NCBI RefSeq assembly: GCF_001194135.2
Contig: NC_068982.1
Coordinates: 60,686,966 to 60,750,965 of the forward strand
Reading direction: 5' to 3'
DNA from: Octopus bimaculoides
Lineage: Eukaryota
DNA length: 64,000 bases
The translations under genes were made by a program, and so were the position numbers. Below the pieces are notes generated by a model that did not search any database, had not been told where the DNA came from, and saw only the letters and a list, made by a program, of their open reading frames with translations. This document shows positions 13,174-24,569 of the stretch, piece by piece. Position 1 is the first letter of the stretch. Each line of letters opens with the position of its first letter.

Positions 13174-13706
13174 GGAAAATAAGACAAGGTAGAAAATACT
13201 AAAATAATTTGATCATGAAGTTCACTTTAGTACTAGTTTCCGTCTTTTAGACATTTTCAACTAAGAGTAAAATAAGAAAAACAATTAAATTGGAGAAAAA
13301 AATTGAGTGAAATGTTTTGTAAATATTTTCATAATCTTCAAATAGTCTCTGTGTGTATGTGTGTGTGTGTCTCTCTCTCTCTCTCTCTCTTTTCCTTTGT
13401 GAATGATAGGTAGGTAGCTTGTAGTAAATCTGAAGGAATCCTTCAGATTTACTACTATCTACCTATCAAGCATTCAAAGGAAGAGACAGACAGACAGACA
13501 GACAGACTATTTGAAGACTATGGAAATATTTACTTATTTGAAGACTATGAAAATATTTACAAAACATTTCACTTAATTTTTTTTCTCCAATTTAATTGTT
13601 TTTCTTATTTTACTCTTAGTTGAAAAAGTCTAAAAGACAGAAACCAGTACTAAAATGAACTTCATGATAAAATTATTTTAGCATTTTCTACTTTGTCTTA
13701 TTTTCC
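13174..13706. repeat. Long diverged palindrome (fold-back inverted repeat) with a 1-nt centre at 13438
   Basis: 13174-13348 is the reverse complement of about 13505-13706, with about 10 differences over about 175 bp by manual alignment. The innermost 17 bp are perfect: gtagtaaatctgaagga-a-tccttcagatttactac. Confidence 0.95.
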
Positions 13707-16700
13707 AAGTTAAGCTATGGTACAGAGTAAGATATTTCTTATAACTGGATGCTATGTTGATTAATGTTAAACATGATTTCATTAGCACCAGTGCATTTGA
13801 GCATCAGTAATTCATTCGAGTTTTATTTTTAAACTTCAACCAATTTGTTTACTTCTTTCATTTCTTCCCTCAGCTATTTCTTTTGAATCCAGAATCTTAA
13901 TTTATTTATTTATTTATTTTTTACTTATTCAATGCTAGAATTTTTTTTTTTTTAATCTTACTCATGCTGATTTCTGGCTGTGAAGAGATCAACATCTCTG
14001 GTGCTGGAACCTGCTTTTCTGTCTACATATCTCAGTCAGAATTTCTACTACATAATTGTTGTCTAGCCATTTTTAAAATCACTTCAATGAATGCTAAATG
14101 CCAAATATATCCAATTCAAATGCAAGCCAACATGAAGTTAAAATAATTCTACTTCATCAGTCTTCTCCCCATACCTTAGTGTCCTCTCTATCTAATTATG
14201 TTTATCAATGCAACTTACTTGTTTGACCCATTTTCTTTCTCTCTCTCCTTTCTCTCCCTCTCTCATGTGCACACATTCCCTCACACACACACTCTCTTTC
14301 TATTTCTTTCTCTCAACTTTCTTATATTTTTATTACACTTTCCTTTTTTAAAAAATAAAAAATCTATCTAACAAACAAAAGATGTGAACTGAAATGGCTC
14401 TCAGAAAATCGGAGATTAAGGTTTGATTAATTTCTTTGAATTCAGAAATTCATATTCTTTTATAACAAGTACAAAAATATCTTCTGAGAAAATACATCTT
14501 TGTTGTTAAAATCCTTCCTTGATGGATTTCTTTCTCTATATTTTGAAGAATGGTCACATTAACATCATATATGTATCTATTATGCAAAATATGGCAATCA
14601 TAGTTTTTATATGATGCAGCTTTTTATCTTTTTTGACTTCCAGTACTTTATTAAGAATCCTTTTCATATACATACACTTGAGACAACTTTACTCCCTATT
14701 TAGATGTATTGATTCATTTTTCTCTTTTTTTGTCTCTCTTTCATTTTTCCTCTTTTTCTTTTTGGCATTGAAAATGTTGTCATTCATGTACGATAGATGT
14801 TTTATATAATACTTTTTAACTATGTATGTCACAATCATTATTTTTTACTATTTTATATTCACAATATTTATTGATTATTGATAGATATTGTTAATAAATA
14901 AATTGTTAATATTCAAGGAAGAATATCATTTTTTTTTATGTTCCAATTCTCACTAAAATTGAGAAAATCTATTCATCTTCATATAAGTCTTGTCACAAAT
15001 TGAATATTAACAGCCTCCATAAACTACACATATATTATCTTGTTTTAGATCTTCTGTCTTGTCCAGTAACTTTTCTGAGACAATGGCTGTTGTTTCTTTT
15101 GGGCTTTTTGTAAAACTAGGATTAAAATATTTTTCTCTTTTCTTTTTTTTAAAGAAGGATTTAACAAAGATCTTGAACCTCCTCACATTTTCATATTAAG
15201 CTTAGAAAAAAAATAGTAACATCTCCACTATTAGTTGTTTCACCAACTAGATGGTGAAACAATTCTGACCTTTGGATATATTGGATTATAATACACAATA
15301 CCATAATCCTGCAACTTTTTCTCAGAAATACAAGATTTAAAAGACAAACATTCCAAGAAGATATCAATATCACTCATTAAAGTTCATTAGCCTCAGTGAA
15401 ATTGGTTGAATTTTTAAATAATTATAAATGATAAATTAGAAACATGAATTAAACAAAACACTGGTAAAGGATACAGTATGAATTGTGAATTATGAATTGT
15501 GGTACACAAGTTCACTTGATTTTTCAGCTGAAATTTGGAAAGGTGCATTTGAAAATACAATGTACTGGACCATTTCTATTGTTACCAAATCATTTCTGTT
15601 GCTGATTTTGCTTTAAAGGAACTGTGATAAATATGCACTTGAATTACATAATTTAGTTTTCATATTCTTATAGACAGTCCAGTCCCTTTGTCCCATGTGA
15701 GCAGTTATGCATAAATATAAGTGTGTATGGTTTTGTGTAAAGTAAACACACACACATACACACACATATATAAAGCTATACTATTCTAATATGCACACAT
15801 ACATTCAACTGCAGACATGCTTTTTCAGATTATGATTTTTCAGATCTAACCTCTAATTCTTTTATTATATGTTTTTCCACTTTATATTATCTTTACTGCC
15901 AGTGAACCCACCTAATCTTTATGATGAAATGTTTGAAAAGTAACAAAAAAAGCTCTCTCTTTGAAAGTAGAACAGACATTTTTTTTTTAATGTTGTAAAA
16001 CATTTTTCAGTTTCATTCTGGGAAAGCTCAGCAAACATCAAATAAACTTCCTATCAGATATTGCATGAAAGAAGCTTTAAATCAGAAATTTACAAATATA
16101 TTTTTACTCTTGCCATATCCCATAAGTTAATAAACCAAATAATTGATGCTTAGCGCTTCACCATGAAAAAATAAATATATATAAAACACATACACATGCC
16201 TGTTAAGCTTTTACTGTTGATAATCCTTCTAGGAGGACAGTTACTTTCTTTCACATAGATAAGGTACTTTAACTTGTCTCACAGGATATTTGTTTTCATT
16301 CTTTGTTCAGATTAGCACAGATATAATTTATTTACTTCTTTTTTCTTTCTCTTTTTTTGTTGAGAAAGCAAAGAAAAAAAATCCATTGCATCGTACAGCA
16401 ATGGTGAGACATATAGATCAACATAGAAGTGAGGCAGACTTAGATGGAAATATCAACTCCCTGATAGACAATCAATCAGTCCAATAGGCTGGAACACACA
16501 TGCACACATTTGTTTGTTTGCTTCCTTTCCTTTTTTTTTTGTTTTTTTTTTTAAATACTTACTGATAGAAAAACATGTGTAGCTACATACCCAACATGCT
16601 TTATGTTAGTGTGCAATAGCTGTCTTAGAAAATCATTTTTATCTTTTGGATTGACAGAATATTTTTTCCTTCCTTTTCAGTCCAAACTTTTTGTTTCATA

Positions 16701-17829
16701 TCTCTCTTTTTTTTATTATTATTTTAATATAGTTTTATTCTTTCTCCTCTAAATTCCTAAACCTTCTACTCCATACTTCATCTGTCTAATATAATATCTG
16801 CTCACCAGTGTCTACCAAATATCGTTTTCTATCTGCTGTCATTCTTCATGTGTATGCTACTTAATATAGATTAAAAGCTGCAAAGCTGTTCGTCCATCAC
16901 CTACTGCCTGTGAAATGGTTAGCAAGATATTGATACTTTATGACAGAGTTTTCTTCTGGGCATACATCTCATGCGATGAGTGCAATCTAGCCCCACTGGT
17001 TTTGGTAAAAGTAAAAGCTGTAATTGGGCATGCTTCCAATATCAAGTCCATTGCTTTATATTGCTTTTGGTCAGAAAAAAAAAGAAGAAATGCTCATTGT
17101 TATTTATTCATATTAGGTTTTTGTTGTTGTTTAGATAATTATATCGTGCCTATATGTGTGGGTGTGTATATGTAGTATATGTATGTTTCTATGTATACGT
17201 GTGTAATATGTATGTGTGTGTGTGTATGTATGTATATAATATGCATACATTTTATAGAGATAGATTTATATAGATAGATGCATATTTATATGTATATAAT
17301 ATGAATGAACATAATGGATAGTTGCTCTACTGTTTTTATTGTTTCATTACTTTATCAGTTCATTCTTGCATTCCTTAGCATATATTGTAGCTATTAGAAG
17401 ATTTGATAGTTTAGACTCTGGTTAAATAACTGACATGGATATGTGTGTTTCAGTTTATTATCTCTCTTCATAACTACACTATCAAGTTGCTCTTTACTTA
17501 GTTTCAGCTAAACGTATGTATGTTAATATTGTCTTTCACATGTCGAAAATATGTCTCCATTCATCTATGACTATATCACTCATTCTAATGATAGCTCACT
17601 TTGAAAACAATATTGTTTCAAAGTTAAAGTTACACATTATTCATCAGTTAAATTATAAGATTCTTACAGGTCAATTAAATGTAGATATTACGATTCATTA
17701 ATTTAGAGACTAAGGATCTCTGGTATCTAATAAAGACAGCCTAGTTGTTTTGCATATATATTTTTACGAAGACAAAAATTTGTCCTACATACATATTTAA
17801 GTTAGACAATAACAGCATTGTCAAGAAGA

Positions 17830-18420
17830 GTAGCTTCTAGACATTTGATAGGTAAATCCCATCTAGAAGGTTACACTTTTTCAATCCAAATACACGAGAT
17901 AGCTACTAAATACCTGATTGATAAAAGAGATGATGATGTTTCCAAATCTCTGTGTTATAGAAAATATTCATACCAACATGGAAGATATCACCCAAATCAT
18001 CAACAGCCACAAAAAGTAACTACGTGGTGCTACCTCTCTATGAGACATAACTTTTTCTTTTTTGCCAAAATTTAGTACAATGCTATCTGCAAGAAAGATT
18101 GTTCTGACAGTCATGCCCATGACACACCAGAACCAGAATGTATCCATGCCTTTAAAAGTGAGGAATACTAGTGGAACATTCCGATACAAACAGCAACCCA
18201 CTGAAAACGCAACAGGGACAGGAAGTAAAGTTATGCACTGTTATAGATGTTGGTTGCTTAGCCAGTGTGAATCTATCTAATGTTGTAGCAAAATAATATC
18301 TATGGTGTACTAATGCAAAACTTGAAGCTCTTGTACCCAAGCTATAGATTCATATTTATACCCGTTATAGCTGCATTAGGCTATATATCAATGGACATGC
18401 ATAAAAGCTTGGAAACATTG
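17830..18420 (+). mobile_element. Possible highly decayed Penelope-like (RT/GIY-YIG linker) relic
   Basis: The fragments EIATKYLIDK, KYSY/ITQIINSHKK and a Cys-rich stretch followed by SMVY*CK resemble PLE motifs NIGKKFLKLIDKHFP, KISYSCMPN...IINSHNKK and CNCR...VVYKA. The match is weak. Confidence 0.25.
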
Positions 18421-19039
18421 AAGTCTTCCAAGAAAGAACAAATAAACTAATTTGCATCCTCCAAATACAAGTAAATTGGGATTCAGTGAAGATATGGAAA
18501 CTGTTACAATTATTTCTTCAAGTTTCGTAGAACAAATATGCACATACTATGACATATGCATATAGTATACAATACACCCACATAAAAAGTAGTCACACAC
18601 TCATGTATTAAAGAGACACATATATATATATATATATATACATCTATTACATGAATACAAGTATATCCACAAACACATTAACTCACATATTCACAAATCC
18701 TGAAACAGTCTGAAAAGAACTTAAAACAAATCTCAAATACATACAGTTTCACACACTTACATATAATTGAAACATTTCAGATACACTTAAACACTTTAGA
18801 TCTTAAATTAATAATACTATATTTTCTCCTTTTATTTAATGAGAAATGGGTGTAAAATGCTTACATATATAACTCTTCATAGTACTTTCGGTCTCTTGTC
18901 ATCTACATTTTATAGATAACATCTACATTTTACTTAGAAAAAATATCTTTCCATGAAGTAATTACATGAGTCATTACAAACTAAAAAAAAAAAAAGGATT
19001 AAAATAAAGACACCTTTCTTATTATTTTATAAGGAGTGA

Positions 19040-19175
19040 ATCAGAGTATGGAACAGAGTAAGCTGTAGCATTTAGTTGTGTCACTTTATGTTCTGAGTTT
19101 AAATCCCACTGAGAATGACTATCTTTCTTTCTCAAGGATTAATAAAATAAACTCTTAGTCAATCACTGGTAGTAG
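19040..19175 (+). mobile_element. Family B SINE fragment
   Basis: GTTCTGAGTTTAAATCCCACTGAG followed by a decayed core. Confidence 0.5.
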
Positions 19176-19525
19176 TTTCTCACAGTGTATGGATTCATTT
19201 CATGTATGCTCTTCTGACTAACTATTCCTCTGCATCTTCATCTTTCCTGCTTCTCGTTATTTAACCAGAGATCCAGCTATGTACAGTAAATACACTAATG
19301 CACACAAGCAGACAAAAGACAGACAGTTTTTCAATAGTCACACAAGTTTTAGTTTTGATGAAATTTATCAAATTATATTATAAATTTTTTATTCATTACA
19401 AACTTAAAACTTTTTAGAATGTATTCATTATAATTCAGTATTTTGTACTCATAAAAAAAAAGCCTTAATATTTCGAAACCACTGTTTGTCTTTGACAGAA
19501 CAGTGGATCATGATAGGTTTTTTCT

Positions 19526-19945
19526 ATGTTTCAAAAGCATTTGGTAACAGATAAAAGAGCATATAGCTTTGAAGACAACCATTTTTATGTGAAACTGTAC
19601 ACCGGCTTACACTCATACAGACATGAAGGAATTTCTCCTCCAGCAGTTTCCTCAAAAGCAAATCATTATTCATCAACTTGGACATACTTGGCTTCTCAAA
19701 CCAGGCCTCAACTTATGTGACTACTGGCTTTGGTATGTGTGTAGGAGTAGTGGTGACTTAAACAGAAAGTCTACATAAAAAAAAAACAATGCTCCACTAA
19801 TATTCAAATAAATTGTTTAAAGAAAGCACCAATTGTGCTGCATCTGAAATAATGCATGAGCAGATGAGATAAGAAATGTTACAATGTACTTAGAAAGACA
19901 GATAAAACTATTGAAAAAAACAGTTCCTGTTGAACAGCTAGTTTA
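19526..19945 (+). mobile_element. Decayed Tc1/mariner-superfamily transposase C-terminal relic (DD41D/rosa-like)
   Basis: With a frameshift it reads MFQKHLV...TTIFM*NCTPAYTHTDMKEFLLQQFPQKQIIIHQLGHTWLLKPGLNLCDYWLWYV...EMLQ...VEQLV. This resembles the family pattern TIFMQDGAPPH...LL.Q.F...WPPRSPDLNPCDFWLWGY...HIEQL. Confidence 0.6.
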
Positions 19946-19966
19946 TATCAAATTCCAGTCTCTTTT

Positions 19967-20010
<44 letters not shown>

Positions 20011-20132
20011 TTGTATATGAGTTTTGAGATTCTAGATTTAAAGATTTTATGTTTAACAGTCTCTGAACCTTGGGTACTCACAAGCTTCTCACGCAGTTTT
20101 TCCTTCCTCTCCTTCACATGTACACATGCCTA

Positions 20133-20134
20133 TA

Positions 20135-20222
<88 letters not shown>
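20133..20222. repeat. (TA)n microsatellite, representative of many others (about 1330, 9300, 10600, 21190, 27215, 38935, 44400, 53825, 55682, 63300)
   Basis: Read directly from the sequence. Confidence 0.95.
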
Positions 20223-20228
<6 letters not shown>

Positions 20229-20329
20229 CACACATGCACATGCACATATTTGGATTTTCCTCAGCAGTATTCAGTTCAATAAATTAAACTATCTGCTTAT
20301 TGAATTAACATGCGAATAGTTAGGCATTC

Positions 20330-20570
20330 CAGGTACTGTTAACTTAAATCATCAAGTAGAATCAGCATGCCACAAAATATGACAAGGCTGGGCCTTTTGA
20401 ATTGCAGGTACTATCCATCCATTCATCCAATCAGCTTTTACAAAGTTTCCAGCAAACCAGTTTGCTCGAGTGAGCTAGAGGCTGTGGTAAATGACACTTG
20501 CAAAAGATGCCATAGAGTGAAACTATAACTAGGATTATGTGCCATAATGGATGGTCTTGAAACCACAGCA
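20330..20570 (-). mobile_element. Degenerate SINE related to family A
   Basis: gctagaggctgtggtaaatgacacttgcaaaagatgcca is a decayed version of the family A segment seen at 23985-24020. Confidence 0.55.
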
Positions 20571-20735
20571 TGTAAGTCAATCACTGGCAAGTTGAGATCC
20601 ATAATAAACAAATCCATGTCATTAGTATTTCTTCCTATTGAGATTTCCTTCAACAATGAGAAACTGAAATTCTTGGACACAAGGAACAATTGATGATAAT
20701 GCATGTATGCATTTATATATGTATGTTCATAGTTG

Positions 20736-21085
20736 CCAGCATGGCTGTGTGGTAAGAAGCTTGCTTCCCAACCACATGGTTCCAGGTTCAGTTCCACTCC
20801 ATGGCACCTTGGACAAGTGTCTTCCACTGTAAACTCAGGCTGACCAAAGCCTTGTGAGTGGATTTGGTAGATGGAAACTGAAAGAAACCCATCATGTGTG
20901 TATATATGCATGCATCTGTGTTTGTCCTCCACCACTGCTTGACAACCAGTGTTGGTGTGTTTACATCCCTGTAATTTAGCAGTTCGGTTAAAGCAATCAA
21001 TAGAATAAGTACCAGGCTTAACTAAAATTCTTCAAAGGCAGTGTTCTTGCATGGCTGCAGTCCTATAACTGAAACAAGTAAAAGA
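20736..21085 (+). mobile_element. tRNA-derived octopus SINE (family A), near full length
   Basis: It has an A-box-like TGGCTGTGTGG and a B-box-like GGTTCAGTTCC, the body GGCACCTTGGACAAGTGTCTT...GCCTTGTGAGTGGATTTGGTAGATGGAAACTGAAAG, an internal (TA/TG) tract and a GAAACAAGTAAAAGA tail. An inverted homologous copy is at 23679-24089. Confidence 0.9.
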
Positions 21086-21195
21086 TGTATATATGCACAC
21101 ATTGGTCGATGAGTATGACCATCACTGACAAATTCTCTTATCCTAGATGTTAAAGACAATAACTGTTAGCAACACACACACACAAATATATATAT

Positions 21196-21258
<63 letters not shown>

Positions 21259-21262
<4 letters not shown>

Positions 21263-21365
21263 CCTGCTCACCAACCTGCCTGCCTTGCCACTGGGGCGCA
21301 TGCAAGAAAGCACATCGTGACCACCATTGTATAACAACATCTGATAGTCTGGTCGATACAGTAAC
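21259..21365 (+). mobile_element. 3' fragment of another octopus tRNA-derived SINE
   Basis: ttggcctgctc...gtgaccaccattgtataacaacatctgatagtctggtcgatacagt matches a SINE 3' end I recognise from octopus genomes. This is recall only; there is no second copy in the window. Confidence 0.55.
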
Positions 21366-23678
21366 ACACACATATTCTTAATCATATACCCTAACTATAA
21401 TAATCATATGTCCTAATTATTTTAACTTCTATTACTCAACATTCAAACTAATAATATATAATTTTCTGTACTGCTGCTTGATTAGTAATTTGTCTTTCCA
21501 TATTTAAAGCAATATGCCTCTATAATAATCTGTAAGTGACACTAATGCATCTGTTAGGCTTTTACTTTTATAATATGACTATTACTAATACTACTACTAT
21601 CTCTACAATTGATCTTATGTAAAGATTTTACTATAATTTCTGTAAGAGTATTTGTCTACTTATAAACTGTATTTATCAATATATAACTTTGACAGCAGTG
21701 TTGATAGTAACACTGGCCTGCAAACTTGTATACTTAATTCTTTCTTACTTACGTATTGTCATTTCTTTATTTCCTATCATTTATTCTTTTAATGTTCCTT
21801 TTTGCTTGTTAAATGATACTTATGGTATTCTTCACTGGTATTTATCACTCTGCTTCACCTCTTCCACTCGTTCTTACCTTTTGCGTTATTGGTTATGGTC
21901 AAGTAGTCACTGTCATCTACAAGAGAAACATTTCTTACAACACTTACATGCATGGTAAGATCAAAGAGTATTGATTCCTTCACAAGCAGCTAACTTATTG
22001 GTTGTCTTTATCCAACACTCAGCCAGCATCACTACATTATATTCATACACATTAACAGAAACAAGGACATCCTTCTACATCAAAATGATGCTAATGATGA
22101 CAACTAATGGAACAATTCCAAAATGACGATTCAGAACTATGTGAGAAAATACTTTTAATGTCACAGATTCTTTTTGCATGAGGTATTTTTTCCTAAAAGG
22201 CAATCTGTGTCACTGTCAGTAGCTAACTTTTTAGTGATTCTTTTCTTTCTCTTGATATCCTTAATTGTAGCTACTGGTTTTTCCTTTTAGGTGTATTTAG
22301 TTTCTATTAAAAAGATATTTTACAATTTTCTGTTTTTACTTTTTATTTTCTAACGTTCATTTTTTTTTTTTTCCTACCAGTTATTATTTTTCCATCTTTC
22401 CATATTTCCCTTTCATTTTATTTTCTCCTCCTTCTTTCCCCTCTTCTCTAAATCTTCTTCCTCAGCCTCTTTTTCTTCACTTATCTGTTTCTATTGTTTT
22501 AGAAAGAAAGATATTGGTGAGCTTTCCATATTTGACATGCTATAAAATATATACATACACACNNNNNNNNNNNNNNNNNNNNNNNNNNNNNNNNNNNNNN
22601 NNNNNNNNNNNNNNNNNNNNNNNNNNNNNNNNNNNNNNNNNNNNNNNNNNNNNNNNNNNNNNNNNNNNNNNNNNNNNNNNNNNNNNNNNNNNNNNNNNNN
22701 NNNNNNNNTATATTTCCTGTGTAGATCTCAAGAGAATAGAATGATTATGACTCAACATTCCGGTCTGATTGCAACTGACCATTATGCTGAATCTCAGAAC
22801 AACTGCATGCTCTTATGAGATTTACATTTTCTTGAACTGTTTAAGATAGAACGTTCTAGATTCCGGCAGTGTTTCCACTCACTGAGCAGGTGACGATGCT
22901 GCAAACGACAAGGGATAAATGTGCTGTGATAGGGATAGACTTTGATTTAATGCTGAAGTGGGATGGATTCTGACTGATCCTAAAGTTTTGTGCTGATCAC
23001 AGAGGATAGAACATTAATGCACACAACCAAGATATTGGCACCAATTGACAAGTACATTGGAAATTAGAGAGTAGCACACAGCCCTGCCTTCATTCCACTG
23101 GCTATATTCAGCAACTGCTGTTTAGTGGATTACTATTAGCATTTGTCTTATAATGAAAAAGGCAACATATTATTGCTGTGGTTGCAGATTAAGTAGCACT
23201 AATTTAGCATTGCTGCAAGCTTAAATTTTCGTGCACATACCTGAGCAATAAACAGAGCTTTAATTTGAGGATTCATTTGCCCATATAGAAACATGCCACT
23301 ATATTTCCAATCTTCACTATTGAGTTTTTCTTATTCCAAATTATACTTGCCATATTTTGAGTTTTCAGATATTGGCATGTAAATTCTTTCAATGACTTTT
23401 GTTAAAGTTCATTACAAGTTGCTTATAATTAGTTAAGGGTGCTTTGCATATCCACTCATCCATGAGACAAAGAGAATGAAAGCACATTGTACTTGAAATG
23501 GATTTAAGTTCTGTCAGGAGTTAAGACTTTCTTTCTCTCTCACTCTCTCTCTCCAAATAAGTAAAGTAAAAGGAGAAAGAGATTGATGAAAACACAAGAA
23601 TTGAAGTCAATGCCCAGAATTATTTCTTATAAAGAAATCAAAGAAAGTTGTTTTAAGAATTATTTGGTAAATTTATGA

Positions 23679-24089
23679 TTCTTTTATTCTTTTACTTATT
23701 TCAGTCATTTGACTGCAGCCATGCTGGAGCACCACCTTTAGTCAAACAAATTGACCCCAGGACTTATTCTTTGTAAGCCTAGTACTTATTCTATCGGTCT
23801 CTTTTGCCGAACCACTAAGTTACAGGGACGTAAACACACCAACATTGATTGTCAAGCAATGTTGGTGGGGACAAGCACAGACACACAAACATATACATAT
23901 ATATATATATATATATACATACATACAACAGGTTTCTTTCAGTTTCCATTTACCAAATCCACTCACAAGTCTTTGGTTGGCCTGGGGCTATAGTAGAAGA
24001 CACTTGCCCAAGGTTCCATGCAGTGGGACTGAACCTGGAACCATCTGGTTGGGAAGCAAGCTTCTTACCACAAAACCACACCTGCGCCT
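23679..24089 (-). mobile_element. tRNA-derived octopus SINE (family A), full length
   Basis: The reverse complement aligns end to end with 20736-21085. The head reads AGGCGCAGGTGTGGTTTTGTGGTAAG and the tail is (GAATAAAA)-like. Confidence 0.92.
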
Positions 24090-24537
24090 GATGTAGAATA
24101 TTTTAAACATTTTCAGTAATTTGTAAAATTTATCATATTATAAAAAAATATTCTATTTTCATCTTTCTGAATTAATTTTATTTATTTTTTTCTAAATTAT
24201 GCATTGAAAATTTAATCTGAATTATTTACTGTGAGAAACAAAGTTTCATTANNNNNNNNNNNNNNNNNNNNNNNNNNNNNNNNNNNNNNNNNNNNNNNNN
24301 NNNNNNNNNNNNNNNNNNNNNNNNNNNNNNNNNNNNNNNNNNNNNNNNNNNNNNNNNNNNNNNNNNNNNNNNNNNNNNNNNNNNNNNNNNNNNNNNNNNN
24401 NNNNNNNNNNNNNNNNNNNNNNNNNNNNNNNNNNNNNNNNNNNNNNNNNNNNNNNNNNNNNNNNNNNNNNNNNNNNNNNNNNNNNNNNNNNNNNNNNNNN
24501 NNNNNNNNNNNNNNNTATATATATATATATATATACA

Positions 24538-24569
<32 letters not shown>

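Noticed and set aside
15235-15262. 11-bp perfect hairpin TTGTTTCACCA-6-TGGTGAAACAA
   Set aside because: A stem this short is roughly expected by chance once in 64 kb of AT-rich DNA, and it is too short for a pre-miRNA.
16466-16490. PBX/Hox-like TGATTGAT sites (also near 5356 and 33330) and octamer ATGCAAAT sites (for example 60780)
   Set aside because: Several are expected by chance in this AT-rich window, and I have no conservation data.
20742-20796. tRNA-like A and B boxes
   Set aside because: This is the head of a SINE. There is no full cloverleaf, so I do not call a tRNA gene.
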